Below are positions 1 through 12,869 of a stretch of DNA of 40,965 nt, one piece after another (position 1 is the stretch's first letter; each line of letters starts with the position of its first letter). This DNA is from Macrostomum lignano (Eukaryota). The position numbers and the translations under genes are program-made. Under the pieces are notes generated by a model that worked only from the letters and a program-made list of their open reading frames with translations, had not been told where the DNA came from and made no database searches. The stretch lies in contig NIVC01004597.1 of the NCBI GenBank assembly GCA_002269645.1, positions 1 to 40,965 on the forward strand, in the 5' to 3' direction.

Positions 1-290
1 TTTGAGGACAGTCTCAAAGCTATTTGCAGTACAAAACACGGGGAAAATTACAGGCAAATTAACGAAAGACAGCACAAGAGTATTTTTGTCAGGCTAAAAT
101 AAGACATTAAGAATCATTGCAACACCACACTGTGAGGGAGACTGTAGGAGCGACAAAAGCTTGTCTGTGTAAGCCTCAATATTTTTGTCCAATCCAAGTC
201 TGAAAAAGCGAGGCGAAAACACTGGCTAATTTAGAATATTTTAAAAAATGTTAGTAATATTTGAGTGAGCTTCTGGCCTTCGAAAAATAT

Positions 291-1942
291 TGATTGAGTG
301 ATTTCTTACAATCTGATCATGATCCATCACAGAATCTTGATTGGGTGATTTCTTAGGATCCTATCCATCACAGAATCTTGATTGAGTGATTTCTTAGAAT
401 CCTATCCATCACAGAATCTTGACTGATTTCTTAGGATCCTATCCATCACAGAATCTTGATTGAGTGATTTCTTAGAATCCTATCCATCACAGAATCTTGA
501 TTGGGTGATTTCTTAGGATCCTATCCATCACAGAATCTTGATTGAGTGATTTCTTAGAATCCTATCCATCACAGAATCTTGATTGAGTGATTTCTTAGAA
601 TCCTATCCATCACAGAATCTTGATTGAGTGATTTCTTAGAATCCTATCCATCACAGAATCTTGATTGGGTGATTTCTTAGGATCCTATCCATCACAGAAT
701 CTTGATTGAGTGATTTCTTAGAATCCTATCCATCACAGAATCTTGATTGGGTGATTTCTTAGGATCCTATCCATCACAGAATCTTGATTGGGTGATTTCT
801 TAGGATCCTATCCATCACAGAATCTTGATTGGGTGATTTCTTAGGATCCTATCCATCACAGAATCTTGATTGGGTGATTTCTTAGGATCCTATCCATCAC
901 AGAATCTTGATTGGGTGATTTCTTAGAATCCTATCCATCACAGAATCTTGATTGAGTGATTTCTTAGAATCTGATCCATCACAGAATCTTGATTGAGTGA
1001 TTTCTTAGGATCCTATCCATCACAGAATCTTGATTGGATGATTTCTTAGAATCTGATCCATCACAGAATCTTGACTGATTTCTTAGGATCCTATCCATCA
1101 CAGAATCTTGATTGGGTGATTTCTTAGGATCCTATCCATCACAGAATCTTGATTGGGTGATTTCTTAGGATCCTATCCATCACAGAATCTTGATTGGGTG
1201 ATTTCTTAGGATCCTGTCCATCACAGAATCTTGATTGAGTGATTTCTTAGAATCCTATCCATCACAGAATCTTGATTGAGTGATTTCTTAGGATCCTATC
1301 CATCACAGAATCTTGATTGGATGATTTCTTAGAATCTGATCCATCACAGAATCTTGAGTGATTTCTTAGAATCCTAACCATCTCAGAATCTTGAGTGATT
1401 TCTTAGAATCTGATCCATCACAGAATCTTGATTGGGTGATTTCTTAGAATCCTATCCATCACACAATCTTGATTGGATGATTTCTTAGAATCTGATCCAT
1501 CACAGAATCTTGAGTGATTTCTTAGAATCCTATCTATCACAGAATCTTGATTGGGGTGAATTCTTAGAATCCTAACCATCTCAGAATCTTGATTGGATGA
1601 TTTCTTAGAATCCTATCCATCCCATAATCTTGATTGGATGATTTCTTAGAATCCTAACCATCTCAGAATCTTGAGTGATTTCTTAGAATCCTAACCATCT
1701 CAGAATCTTGACTGATTTCTTAGAATCCTATCCATCACAGAATCTTGAGTGATTTCTTAGAATCCTATCCATCACAGAATCTGGAGTGATTTCTTAGAAT
1801 CCTAACCATTACAGAATCTTGACTGATTTCTTAGAATCCTATCCATCACAGAATCTTGATTGGGGTGAATTCTTAGAATTCTAACCATTACAGAATCTTG
1901 ATTGGATGATTTCTTAGAATTCTAACCATTACAGAATCTTAA
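291..1942. repeat. Tandem minisatellite, about 41-bp unit (37-bp variants), roughly 40 copies
   Basis: Unit GATTTCTTAGAATCCTATCCATCACAGAATCTTGATTGAGT repeats head-to-tail with no unique spacers; it degenerates towards 1940. Confidence 0.95.
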
Positions 1943-2016
1943 ATGATTTTTTTGAATCATGGTCATCACATTCTCACCAATAATCGCACCGACCGTTCAG
2001 CCAGCCACCTGAGGGA

Positions 2017-3354
2017 TCAGAGCGCCAACCGACCCCTCCTCTGTCGCAGCCGTCTCCAGGGCAGCCGCCATAGCAGCTGGACGAGCACAGGCCAGGCCAG
2101 CAGCAGCAGCAGCGCCGGTACCGACAAGCCGCCGACACCTCTGCCGCTGAACAGCCACCGCTGAAACCAGCAGTAGAAACTGCCGGAGCTGTCCGACAAT
2201 GCACTTTTATGACTAGTTCGTTCTAGCCTGTCTAGACGGGTGTGAATCTGTCCAAGATCGCCCGACAGACGATCCAGAGCGGCTCGGATGTGCCTCAGTT
2301 GGCCGACTAGTTCGCGCTCAAGTTCGAAGCTCGATGCAGCAGCTGCCGAGCGGCCAGTAGGATCAGGCGGCGGCAGCGGCGGTTGCCATGACAACCCGTT
2401 GCTATTCTCGAAGCTTGAAGCCGAAGGCAGTTGCTGCTGCTGCTGCTGCTGACGACCTTGACGACGCCCAGCTGATTGGTGACCGCCGCCGGCTGCGGCT
2501 GATGCAGATGAAGGTGAAGTCGAAGGCTGCTGACCGCCGGTGACGTCACCCGGCTGATCATCACCAAACGGCTGTACAAAATTGTCGTAGGAATCGCAGA
2601 ATTCGTCATTGTCGCTGCTGCTGCTGCTGCTGCCGCCGCCGCCTCGGTCGGGATGTTCTGGATCGACAGCAGCTGACGCCACTACCGCCGCCGCAGGCCA
2701 AACTGACGTTTCCGACGCTTGTCTCCGGCGCGGATTAGGCTGACTATTTCTTAGAAAGCCATTCCTATTATCATTACTACTACTACTAGTGATTTTAGGC
2801 GGCAACGATTGCGTTAGAAAATTGGAATTGACATCTAAATCTGCGGCGGCGGCTGATTCTGCATCCAAATTCCCGCCGCTTCGACATCGAATCCGATTGG
2901 CTAATAAAAGGCCGAGTTTAACCTCAGACTCCTGATCATCATCATCGTCAACAAGCCTATAGAAGTTGGCAACTTTGTCAATCAGTCCGCTAACAGCTGG
3001 AGACGAGTTTGGCAGGCTTTCAATCACAGTGCGAAGCTGGCGAGAATATTCCAGCATGGCGCGTTCGCGAGGCATGTCGCCTAGCGCGCGCCAGGCATCC
3101 CATTTCATTTTGCCAATCAGATCCCAGAACGCCGGCCTTGGCTGCTGGCAGGGACCGTTACTAGCCTGCTTATATAGAGCATAGAAGCGAAGCATTAAAT
3201 CCGTTGACGGCTTGAAGCCTTGCATAGCAACCGCTTGGCTAGATGAGCCGCGCGGCAGACTGTCAACAACTTGTACAGCGGCCTCGAACTGGGCTAGCGG
3301 ACTGCGAGATGAGGCATTACGATGCTGGGAGTCTGGACTGGTGTCTGCTGACAT
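2017..3354 (-). CDS. ACBD5: Acyl-CoA-binding domain protein, ACBD4/ACBD5-like, tail-anchored, intronless, 445 aa
   Basis: N-terminal ACBP domain (FEAAVQVV..LP, MLRFYALYKQA..GPC..PRPAFWDLIGKMKWDAWRALGDMPRERAMLEY). It also has an acidic FFAT-like motif (SSSDNDEFCDSYD), a coiled coil (LRHIRAALDRL..LDRLE) and a C-terminal TM segment (LLLLLAWPVLVQLLW). ACBD4 versus ACBD5 cannot be resolved by eye. Confidence 0.85.
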   Translation of the reverse strand: MSADTSPDSQHRNASSRSPLAQFEAAVQVVDSLPRGSSSQAVAMQGFKPSTDLMLRFYALYKQASNGPCQQPRPAFWDLIGKMKWDAWRALGDMPRERAMLEYSRQLRTVIESLPNSSPAVSGLIDKVANFYRLVDDDDDQESEVKLGLLLANRIRCRSGGNLDAESAAAADLDVNSNFLTQSLPPKITSSSSNDNRNGFLRNSQPNPRRRQASETSVWPAAAVVASAAVDPEHPDRGGGGSSSSSSDNDEFCDSYDNFVQPFGDDQPGDVTGGQQPSTSPSSASAAAGGGHQSAGRRQGRQQQQQQQLPSASSFENSNGLSWQPPLPPPDPTGRSAAAASSFELERELVGQLRHIRAALDRLSGDLGQIHTRLDRLERTSHKSALSDSSGSFYCWFQRWLFSGRGVGGLSVPALLLLLAWPVLVQLLWRLPWRRLRQRRGRLAL

Positions 3355-3552
3355 GGCTTAATTTACAGCAGAGCTTAATTTCGCACTTCGAATACAGTAC
3401 AGTTATAGGAGCTTTTTTGATTCACTGAACTCACTGATTGACAATCGCTTGAAGATGAGCAGAAATGTGTAATAAAATCATTCAAATTGCTTCAAGATCT
3501 ATGCCGAAATGAGCGATTGGTTGTGAAATGCTATAAAAATTACTTAATATTA

Positions 3553-4650
3553 GGGAGCGATTCTTGCTGAGATTTTTAGGGCGATTCTTGCTGAGATTTT
3601 TAGGGCGATTTTTGCTGAGATTTTTAGGGCGATTCTTACTGAGGTTTTTAGGGCGATTCTTGCTGAGATTTTTAGGGCGATTCTTGCTGAGATTTTAGGG
3701 CGATTCTTGCTGAGATTTTAGGGCGATTCTTGCTGAGATTTTAGGGCGATTCTTGCTGAGATTTATTGGGGCGATTCTTGCTGAGATTTTTAGGGCGATT
3801 CTTGCTGAGATTTTTTTGGGCGATTCTTGCTGAGATTTTTAGGGCGATTCTTGCTGAGATTTTTAGGGCGATTTTTGCTGAGATTTTTAAAGCGATTCTT
3901 ACTGAGGTTTTTAGGGCGATTCTTGCTGAGATTTTTAGGGCGATTCTTGCTGAGATTTTAGGGCGATTCTTGCTGAGATTTTAGGGCGATTCTTGCTGAG
4001 ATTTTAGGGCGATTCTTGCTGAGATTTTAGGGCGATTCTTGCTGAGATTTTTAGGGCGATTCTTGCTGAGATTTTAGGGGCGATTCTTGCTGAGATTTTT
4101 AGGGCGATTCTTGCTGAGATTTTTAGGGCGATTCTTGCTGAGATTTTAGGGGCGATTCTTGCTGAGATTTTTGGGGCGATTCTTGCTGAGATTTTTGGGG
4201 CAATTCTTGCTGAGATTTTTAGGGCGATTCTTGCTGAGATTTTTGGCGCGATTCTTGCTGAGATTTTTGGGGCAATTCTTACTGAGGTTTGGGGCGATTC
4301 TTGCTGAGGTTTGGGGCGATTCTTGCTGAGGTTTGGGGCGATTCTTGCTGAGGTTTGGGGCGATTCTTGCTGAGGTTTGGGGCGATTCTTACTGAGGTTT
4401 GGGGGCGATTCTTACTGAGGTTTGGGGGCGATTCCTACTGAGGTTTGGGGCGATTCTTGCTGAGGTTTGGGGCGATTCTTGCTGAGGTTTGGGGCGATTC
4501 TTGCTGAGGTTTGGGGGCGATTCTTGCTGAGGTTTGGGGGCGATTTTTACTGAGGTTTGGGGCGATTCTTACTGATACTTGGCGGCGATTCTAACTGAGG
4601 TTTGGGGGCGATTCCTACTGAGGTTTGGGGGCAATTCTTGCTGAAGTTTG
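3553..4650. repeat. Tandem minisatellite, 22-24-bp unit
   Basis: GGGCGATTCTTGCTGAGATTTTTA repeats; the unit shifts to GGGGCGATTCTTGCTGAGGTTT after about 4270. Confidence 0.95.
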
Positions 4651-4989
4651 GATGTTATTTAGTTCAAAGTTTGCTGATCCGTCTGCATGTTTTATCCACA
4701 TTACAGGCTGTCTAACCGTACAGATCAAGCAGTTATTTTGTCAACTTCAGTCTGTCTACTATAATTAAATTCAATAAGCAATTAATTAACTAGTTCTGGT
4801 CTCGCCTGGCTGACGTTAACCGTGGATCGGAAATAAGAGTGAAGTGACCCGCTGCAAAAAACTAATCATATTTACATACGAACCAAGTTCTCTACTTATT
4901 CTGATACAATAACGAGCTTATTTTGTTTTCAAAAATCTTTTTTAAAACTCAGAGAACGAAAACTTACTTCCCACGCTATACTTTCTTAG

Positions 4990-5336
4990 TTAGAGTCAGG
5001 GGGGTCTGAGTGCACCTGGCGCACTTTAAGCGACATTGTCACACAACAGGTGAGAGGCATTACTGCCCATTCTGCCGACTCCCCTGAGCAGGCACACAAG
5101 CGCGCGGATACGTACGCAGTCATACGCACAGGCACACACACACACAGGAGTGTACAGCGGCCCTATGCATGTACACCTCACTGTGCCTTGGGGGTTGGGC
5201 CTCAGGGTCGTTAATTGCATGAGCCGAGCCAAGCCGAGATTCCAATTCAGCCCTAAATTAATGTGACTGCACTTGGAATCGAGCCTGGGCCGCTGGCACG
5301 TCCGAGCGCCACGCTAGACTACTGATCTACGAATCC
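4990..5336 (-). mobile_element. Probable tRNA-derived SINE
   Basis: The minus-strand head GGATTCGTAGATCAGTAGTCTAGCGTGG...GGCTCGATTCC has Pol III A-box and B-box-like motifs, followed by a GC-richer body in AT-rich intergenic DNA. The 3' boundary is approximate. Confidence 0.5.
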
Positions 5337-5551
5337 TTCTCACCCTAAAATTGGCTTCAAACTAAATAAATGAAAAGATCATATTGTAATCAAAAAACAA
5401 AATCACTATTAGAGGAAGACGAAATCAATTGTATTTAATAATTCATATTGCACCATATTTAAACTATCAATAAATAGTAATAACAGTATTAACATTCAAA
5501 ATTCAATTCAAAAATGCTAATAACAAACAAACGACCTTCAAGCTAGCTGAT

Positions 5552-8500
5552 TTAGAAATTCAGCCTAGCAACAACGGCAGCAGAGTTGCCATATCGTTGG
5601 CTTAGAAACCCATGGCAACGGATCTGCAGTACAGGAAAGCCGGCAATGCTAGATGATAGATCGTAGCTCTGCCCAGCTAGTGCAGTCTCATTGACCAGAC
5701 ACACTGCCAGACTATTTTTAGCACCTCGTTGCCAACGGGAAATTAGCGTCGTGACATCATCCAATTCGTCAACATATTCAATGCTAGTAGTTAATGTATC
5801 ATCGTTGGCATTAACTAAAAAGGTGAGCCATTCGACTTTGGCACCTTTAGGCAGACCGGTGCAGAGTGCAGGCAGCACTAGACGACTGGAATTTTCCCGA
5901 CAGATCAATCGTTGAAAGCTATCAACACCGGCAGACAGACAGTCGGCATCTAAACCAAAGCAGATAAACAAACTACAGTCGTTACTACCACTACCAAAGC
6001 GTCCTTGGTAACCATTGGCACGGGCTACTCGTAGAGAATGACGCAAGGACAGATCGGCTTGCCACTGAGCACTGGAGCCTAGTGGAATCTCCAGCGTAGC
6101 CGGATCCATAGCAATCTGACCGGATATTAATAACAATCGATGATTAGCTAATGCAATACACTGACTATATGGACCAATGTTGGCCGGGGCCCAGTGACTC
6201 CGGCTGCGCACGTGCATAGCGGCCACTGTTGAGGCATCGGATCCCTTATCCTCTTTTAAGACTAGGATTGAAGCCGACATCACTTCAGACGCTGCTGTTG
6301 CCAGTTCAACGCAAGCTCGCGCTGGCGGCGATCGATAGCCCGGCCGGCTGGCAAAGCCGAGCTCTGGCGAACCATAGACATAGTTGACTAACGCGAATGA
6401 TGACATGTCTGGCACCTGGAATAGTTTTTAATTCAAGGCTTATTGTGCTGTACACCCTGTGTGAGCGAGTATACGATCGTTGTTGCACTGCTTGATGAAA
6501 ACGAAAAACCAAGGAGAACGATTTCTTAGAAATAAAAATTTCTAAGGATAAGCAGTTCTTTCTTTTAATTAAACTACTATGAGTAGTTTTCACTAGCGGA
6601 AATGTTAGCAGTGAAGTTTTGTATGGGCTTTGGGGATTTGGAAAATTAAGAGACAGTTGAGCACTCAATAATAACTATAATACTTGATTACACCAGCTTT
6701 AATGGAAAGATATTGTGCAACCGACAACTCAGTCGCAGCTATTACGCGGCGCATCTGAAGGCTGCGTACGGCTATTCAGTCCAAGGACTGAAGGGTCGCC
6801 ACACACACCCTCAATTACCCCAGTTTATTCTAGCTTACCCCATTTTGAGGCAACTGAAGCAATGCAGAGTTAAGCGTCTTGCTCGATAAGGGCACAAATT
6901 GTTTCTATTGGGTCAAGAATCGAACCCACGACCTTTCTGTCCTGAGTCAGGCGCTCTAGCTACTAAGCTACAAACACCCTTCAATCAATAAACAATGTGT
7001 AAACCAACGACATAAACTATAACTTACTGTCAAAACACACAGCAGAGGTCGCATCTCAGCCGACTGCTCACCTCCAGCAGCCTGGATTGCAGCATTAGCT
7101 TTCGACATCAATAACTTGGCCATCTCAGCAACAGAGATTTCGCCGCTTTGTTCAGCAACTTGAACATTGATAACTGACAATCTCAATGAAGGCAAATCGT
7201 TTGAATCATCATCACAATACAAAGAACCTCCGCGTGAATTGGGATAGTTTTTGGCGTCAATTTGAAATTCTCGTTCGATTACAGCGGGCGATATGCGATC
7301 GATAGACGACGGTTGCTTTGCACTGAACTCTTCGAGACCAGCCTGAGAATAGTAATCAATTTTATCAGAAACAAAGTATATAATAGTAATAGTACAGATT
7401 GAGTCTGCACCAATCACAGCTAAGCTACACTGAAATACTCCCAAATTAGATTGAATCTGCACCAATCACAGCTAAGCTACACTGAGATACTCCCAAATTA
7501 GATTGAATCTGCACCAATCACAGCTAAGCTACACTGAGATACTCCCAAATTAGATTGAATCTGCACCAATCACAGCTAAGCTACACTGAGATACTCCCAA
7601 ATTAGATTGAGTCTGCACCAATCACAGCTAAGCTACACTGAGATACTCCCAAATTAGATTGAATCTGCACCAATCACAGCTAAGCTACACTGCGATACTC
7701 CCAAATTAGATTGAATCTGCACCAATCACAGCTAAGCTACACTGCGATACTCCCAAATTAGATTGAATCTGCACCAATCACAGCTAAGCTACACTGAGAT
7801 ACTCCCAAATTAGATTGAATCTGCACCAATCACAGCTAAGCTACACTGAGATACTCCCAAATTAGATTGAATCTGTACCAATCACAGCTAAGCTACACTG
7901 AGATACTCCCAAATTAGATTGGGTCTGCACCTATTACAGTCAAGCTACACTGAGATACTCCCAAATTAGATTGAATCTGCACCAATCACAGCTAAGCTAC
8001 ACTGAGATACTCCCAAATTAGATTGAATCTGCACCAATCACAGCTAAGCTACACTGAGATACCGTGGATTCAAGCTAAATTAGGAAATACAACCATCAAA
8101 CTTACCTTGGGCTCGCCAAGCCGACAACAGCCAGTCAGCTTCAAATAGCACACCGGAGCAAAAGCATCGTCGCTATGCACAACCACCCGACTATCCGTAC
8201 CCGCCGCAGTCAAGTGCCCGTTGTCAAGCACAATTCGGCCGTGCTTAAACAGAGGACAGTCCAACGCCAGGGTCTCATATTCGCCGCCCTCGCCGCACGG
8301 ACTCAGGCCGCCGGCGGCCGGAGCGGCCAGGCGCACAAGTTCGTCGCGAATGTCGACAAGGCGGCGACCCAGATGGCGCTTTGGCGACAGGCCGTAGGCG
8401 GCCACTTTGATGAGGATGGCGTCTAAGCCGCTGAAGAGCATCTCGTCTAGCAGCTCGGTCTGGAGATGTGTTCACAGCGACACTGAATGGACTCGCAAGA

Positions 8501-8750
8501 CTGGGACAAATGCAATGCAGAGAAATGCACAGATAGAAGCCGATAGTGCGCATAACAAGCAAACTAATGTACATCTACAGCGCAGATGCATCACAGACAG
8601 ACTGATAAAAACTAAACAGACTAAAGCAGACAAGACAAATATTTTGTGACGGAGACTAAGACAGATAGACAGACAGACGGACAGATAGACAGACAGATAG
8701 GCAGACAGACATACATACAGAAAGACAGACAGACAGACAGACATTCAGAA

Positions 8751-8807
<57 letters not shown>

Positions 8808-9984
8808 CAGAAAGACAGGCAGACAGACATACAGAAAGACAGACAGATAGACAGACAGACGGACACAAAAACCGACAAACAAAGACAGGCAGACAGCTAG
8901 AGACAGACAAACAAACAAGCAAAAACAGACAGACATACACACAAACATATATATATTAACTGGCAGAGAGAGACAAAAACAGACAACAAAACAGACAGAA
9001 AATTGAGGAAAAACAGAGAAAAACAGAAAAAAAGCAGACCTGATCCCGACGCCACAGAAAGGCGAGCACCTGCAGGTCGAGCCGCTCGCACACGGACTCA
9101 ACCCGGACCCGCTGGTAATTAGACAGAATGGCCCCAACTGAAACGGCTTGAAGGCCAGGGATGCCGGCTTTCACCTCGGCCAGGAGTTTATAGAGGTCTT
9201 CGACTTCGTCCTCGCTGTCGCCCGAATTGCTGGAGGACTGTCAAAGTGTTTTAAAGTTAGTGACCTTACGGAAATGGAACTCACTGAATGACCTAAGGGA
9301 AATGGCACTCACTAAATGACCCAAGGGAAATGGCACTCACTAAATGACCCAAGGGAAATGGCACTCCCTAAATGACCTTAGAGAAATGGCACTCACTAAA
9401 TGATCTAAGGGAAATGGCACTCACTAAATGATCTAAGGGAAATGGCACTCACTAAATGACCCAAGGGAAATGGCACTCACTAAATGACCTAAGGGAAATG
9501 GCACTCACTAAATGACCTAAGGAAAATGGCACTCAGTGAATGAGCTTAGGGAGATGGCAGTCACTGAATGACCATATGGAAATGGCGCTTACTAATGAAG
9601 AATATGATGAGGTAAATTAATACACTTAAATTGACACAGTATAGAGAATGCAGGCATTTAAGTCTGTAAAAGACAAAATACTAAAGCAAACTCCAGTTAT
9701 TAAACAATTCTAAAGCCAGACAGAGCACTTACAGCATAGTGATCGGCAGAACCAGTATCCCTAGACTCGCCCACAATAGGCCGAGTATACAGTGGCAAAC
9801 CAGTAGCTTTAGCATAGAGTGCCACAGCCTCGCTGCCAACTGTTTGATACATAAAGCTATCCATTTCTGCTCCACTAGGTGGATAGAGATGAGCTAATGC
9901 AACAATCTGGTGACCAGATCTGACACATTCAATCATATTGTAGCAGCTATCTTTGCCACCACTAACCAAACCAACAACTTTCAT
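5552..9984 (-). CDS. DPH6: Diphthine--ammonia ligase with C-terminal RidA/YjgF-like domains; 5 exons, about 660 aa
   Basis: Exons 9733-9984, 9040-9237, 8106-8459, 7028-7342 and 5552-6415, all with GT-AG phase-0 junctions (1983 nt). Motifs: MKVVGLVSGGKDSCYNM, DSFMYQTVG, EDEVEDLYKLL, GAILSNYQRVRVESVC, CGEGGEYETLALDCPLF, VPDMSSFALVNYVY and HVRSRSHWAPANIGPYSQ. Confidence 0.92.
6715..6978 (-). mobile_element. tRNA-derived SINE with CORE-like segment, in DPH6 intron 4
   Basis: Minus strand: A box TAGCTTAGTAG and B box GGTTCGATTC, then GAGCAAGACGCTTAACTCTGCATTGCTTCAGTTGCCTCAAAATGGGG, which resembles the MIR/CORE-SINE core. Confidence 0.6.
7397..8060. repeat. 52-bp tandem repeat, about 13 copies, in DPH6 intron 3
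   Basis: Unit GATTGAATCTGCACCAATCACAGCTAAGCTACACTGAGATACTCCCAAATTA; for example, starts at 7449 and 7501. Confidence 0.95.
8648..9030. repeat. (GACA)n-type microsatellite, in DPH6 intron 2
   Basis: Runs of GACA/GATA/CAGA. Confidence 0.95.
9268..9595. repeat. 28-bp tandem repeat, about 11 copies, in DPH6 intron 1
   Basis: Unit GGAAATGGCACTCACTAAATGACCYAAG; period 28 (9301 and 9329). Confidence 0.9.
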
Positions 9985-11624
9985 TTTGTTATAACTGATG
10001 GCACACTGTGTTGATGATAAGTAGCTGGAATTTATTTATTTACATTATACATCTAGACTTGGTGTATATATAGTGTTTCAGTGAACAAAAACAGAAATAA
10101 TCATGATTGAATTAATAATTGGTAAGTAAATATACAATTATAAAAATATATTATCAAATTAATAACATATGTTAATTTTTTAAATATACAAATGATAAAA
10201 AAATCTACTTGTATATAGACCTTATATGTTCTTATAGGCTCTTATTGAAATATAACATTTCAGCTGTGGCATACTATGCTAGCTCTTTTGGGGAATATTT
10301 GCTTGGCTTTTGCACTTAGTAGCACTTGCCATTTTTATGCTCAGTAATGCTGGGACCTACTCTATCTGTGTAGTATAGGCTACAAAGTTATACCTAATAT
10401 ATTTTCACAATAAAATGTTGAATGAACTATTTACACTTATCACAAAAAGTCATTAAACTAAGCATCTAGCATATACCCCCCTTTTTCCCTTTTCAACTGA
10501 TTGCTACAATAAGCCTAGTACCTATTGCAGCCTATGGACATTATTGCAAATAGCATCTAACACATATGAGCCTTTAGAAGTGCAGACATGGTCTGACTAC
10601 ACAGTTTAGACATTGTCTGCAATGGAGAGCCAAGTGCTAGGCCAAGTTGATTTACCAAATCATCTATTAATAATAAGATAAAAATACATTTTTTGTAATT
10701 TTTAATTACAATTTTACTTATAATGTAATAATTTTTTTTCATTTTTTATACATTTTTATTATGGACTTATGCATATATGCACAACCTCCCCTGACTTAAA
10801 CTTGCTATGCAACTTACTTTTTGACCTAAAAATATAACTTACCTATGAAAAAAACCTTGAAACAAAATTAACATGATTTTGGATAAATGGCAGGAGTATC
10901 TGTAACTTTATTATCAAGTGTAAATGCCTTATCATCTAATTAGTACTATATTAGCTTTTTGGGGTAGGCATTTTTGCAATTTACCTTGACTTTGCCCCTT
11001 GCTAGCCAGCCAGATTGACTAGGTATTGCACATGTATGGTCTTTTGACCAAAATATCTATTTTGTCACTGATAATGATATGGCATTTGCTGTTCCTAAAA
11101 TGTTCAATTGTTTTAATTTCAAAATTGACTCTGAATTGACTTATAAATTTAATACTTACTAGTTAAAAGTATATATTTTATATTTACATATAGAATGGCC
11201 TTGTAGCCATGCTATGTTGCCATGCTATGCAAACTATAAGAAAATATTAGTTAATTATGAAATCATGACATTAATCATGAAAAGTGTGGGATACATATGA
11301 ACTATTAGGAGCGGACTATAAAAGGAAATTAGTCTATAGGAAAATAATTAAAATTTGATTTAGTGCTTAAAAAGTATAAGCCTAATACAGTAATATTCAC
11401 AAGTTAAAAGTACATTTTTATAGATTATTCTCATATACAATGGCCTTTTAGCTATGCTATGCCATTGTTTTATATATCTATAGTTATATATATCTATAGT
11501 TAGGTCTTGAGTCAAGATACTGTATACTAAAGAAATTTTTGGGTCATAGCTTATACTAAAGCTTATAAGCTAACTAACTTAAATTTCTAGTGCAAACAAT
11601 ATAGAATAGGATAGGCCTATAATA

Positions 11625-12650
11625 TCTCTAACTATAAAAATCAAAACTCTGTGTGTGTGTGTGTGTGTGTGTGTGGACAATTTTGATCACTATGGACTCC
11701 CAAACCGCTCAACCAAATTACACCAAACTTTACACCCACCCTAAACTTACTACGGAGAATGTCTTAGGCTACCTTTAAATTTCCTAAATTTGAGTCTTCC
11801 CACCTAAAAGTACAAAAAACTGCTCAAAATGCGCGATTTTTTACTAAATCCTCCATAGCACCGCTCCACTTCTACCGATTCTCTTCAAATTTGACACAGA
11901 TAATCTTAAACTATTTTGGCACAATCATGTAAAATTTCGAGTCTCAAAGTTAATCCTGAGCGGTGCTGTGCACTTTTAAAGTTAGGCTGTTTTTTTCAGC
12001 GAGGCAGCCACCTCAACCTCCATCCGCCTGTCTCTCTTTCCCGATTTGGGCAAAGGGTGTAAATAGGTTTTAAAATGACTAACTTTCGGCTGCCATAAGT
12101 TTGCTCCATGTGAAGCGATTAACTTCAAACTTGACATAATTCTTCATTGACTCATTCTCTGTCTAAATGTAAAGTCTCAACTTTGTATCTCAATCAGGAC
12201 GGAAACTGTAAGCATGTGAAGTTTGTCTGCTTTTTCTGTTGTTTGTGCCACTCACTCACTCATTTCCCCAGAGCCAGACGAAGGGTCAGGCGATAGGACT
12301 GAATGTACATAGCGAATGTACAGTGTTTTGGAATAACTTTTTAATAATAGCCTTCTCTGTACCCCCGCGAGTGGAGAGGCGTGGAGAGGAGAGAGTTTAG
12401 CGAGAGATTCAATTTCAAACCACTGTCCTCTGAATAGACAAGTCTGCAGCAGTTAAACAAGGATGGCAAATCAAGGCGATGTGGGTGGGTGGCATGGTTT
12501 GTAAAAATATCGAAAAATTAATGAATAACTGATTACAATGCAATCCTACTAAATTAGTTACACTTACACCATGAAAATTTTAACATTAAGATTCGCATAA
12601 GGTACTTTAAAATTTAAATGGCCTCCTAAGAAATGCGTATTTCCATGGTT
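11625..12650 (+). mobile_element. Possible non-autonomous Helitron/DINE-like element
   Basis: Starts A|TC TCTAACTATAAAAATCAAAACTC, followed by (GT)n and recurring motifs such as AACCGCTCAACCAAATTACACCAAACTT and CCGATTCTCTTCAAATTTGACA, a layout I associate with Helitron-type elements. No 3' hairpin or CTRR end was identified, so the end is approximate. Confidence 0.3.
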
Positions 12651-12869
12651 GTTAGACTGCTGCAGACTGTTGTGGTGGAGCTGAAAATATACAAATTCCT
12701 CTCAGGGCTGCTAATTGACCAGAAAAATGACGTGATTAAAGCAGGAGAAATGATAAAAACCATGATAGTACTATGTCCCACAAACTGGCTTTCGAAGCAG
12801 GGATCGGCAGATTTTTTACGTCAAAGGCCAGATAAAGAATCAAGCTCATGGCTGCGGGCCATATGAGAA

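Noticed and set aside
5265-6978. tRNA genes at the two A/B-box sites
   Set aside because: No convincing full cloverleaf or acceptor stem, and each continues into a SINE-like body.
7343-7465. N-terminal part of ORF 6968-7465 and repeat-borne CAG acceptors as DPH6 coding sequence
   Set aside because: A better acceptor (TTCTCAG at 7343) keeps the frame. The upstream part is intronic repeat, and 6968-7027 lies past the donor.
8472-9137. SVCL- and TDRQ-repeat ORFs
   Set aside because: They are translations of the GACA microsatellite.
291-9595. Tandem arrays as CRISPR-like arrays
   Set aside because: The units are contiguous with no unique spacers, there are no cas genes, and the context is eukaryotic.
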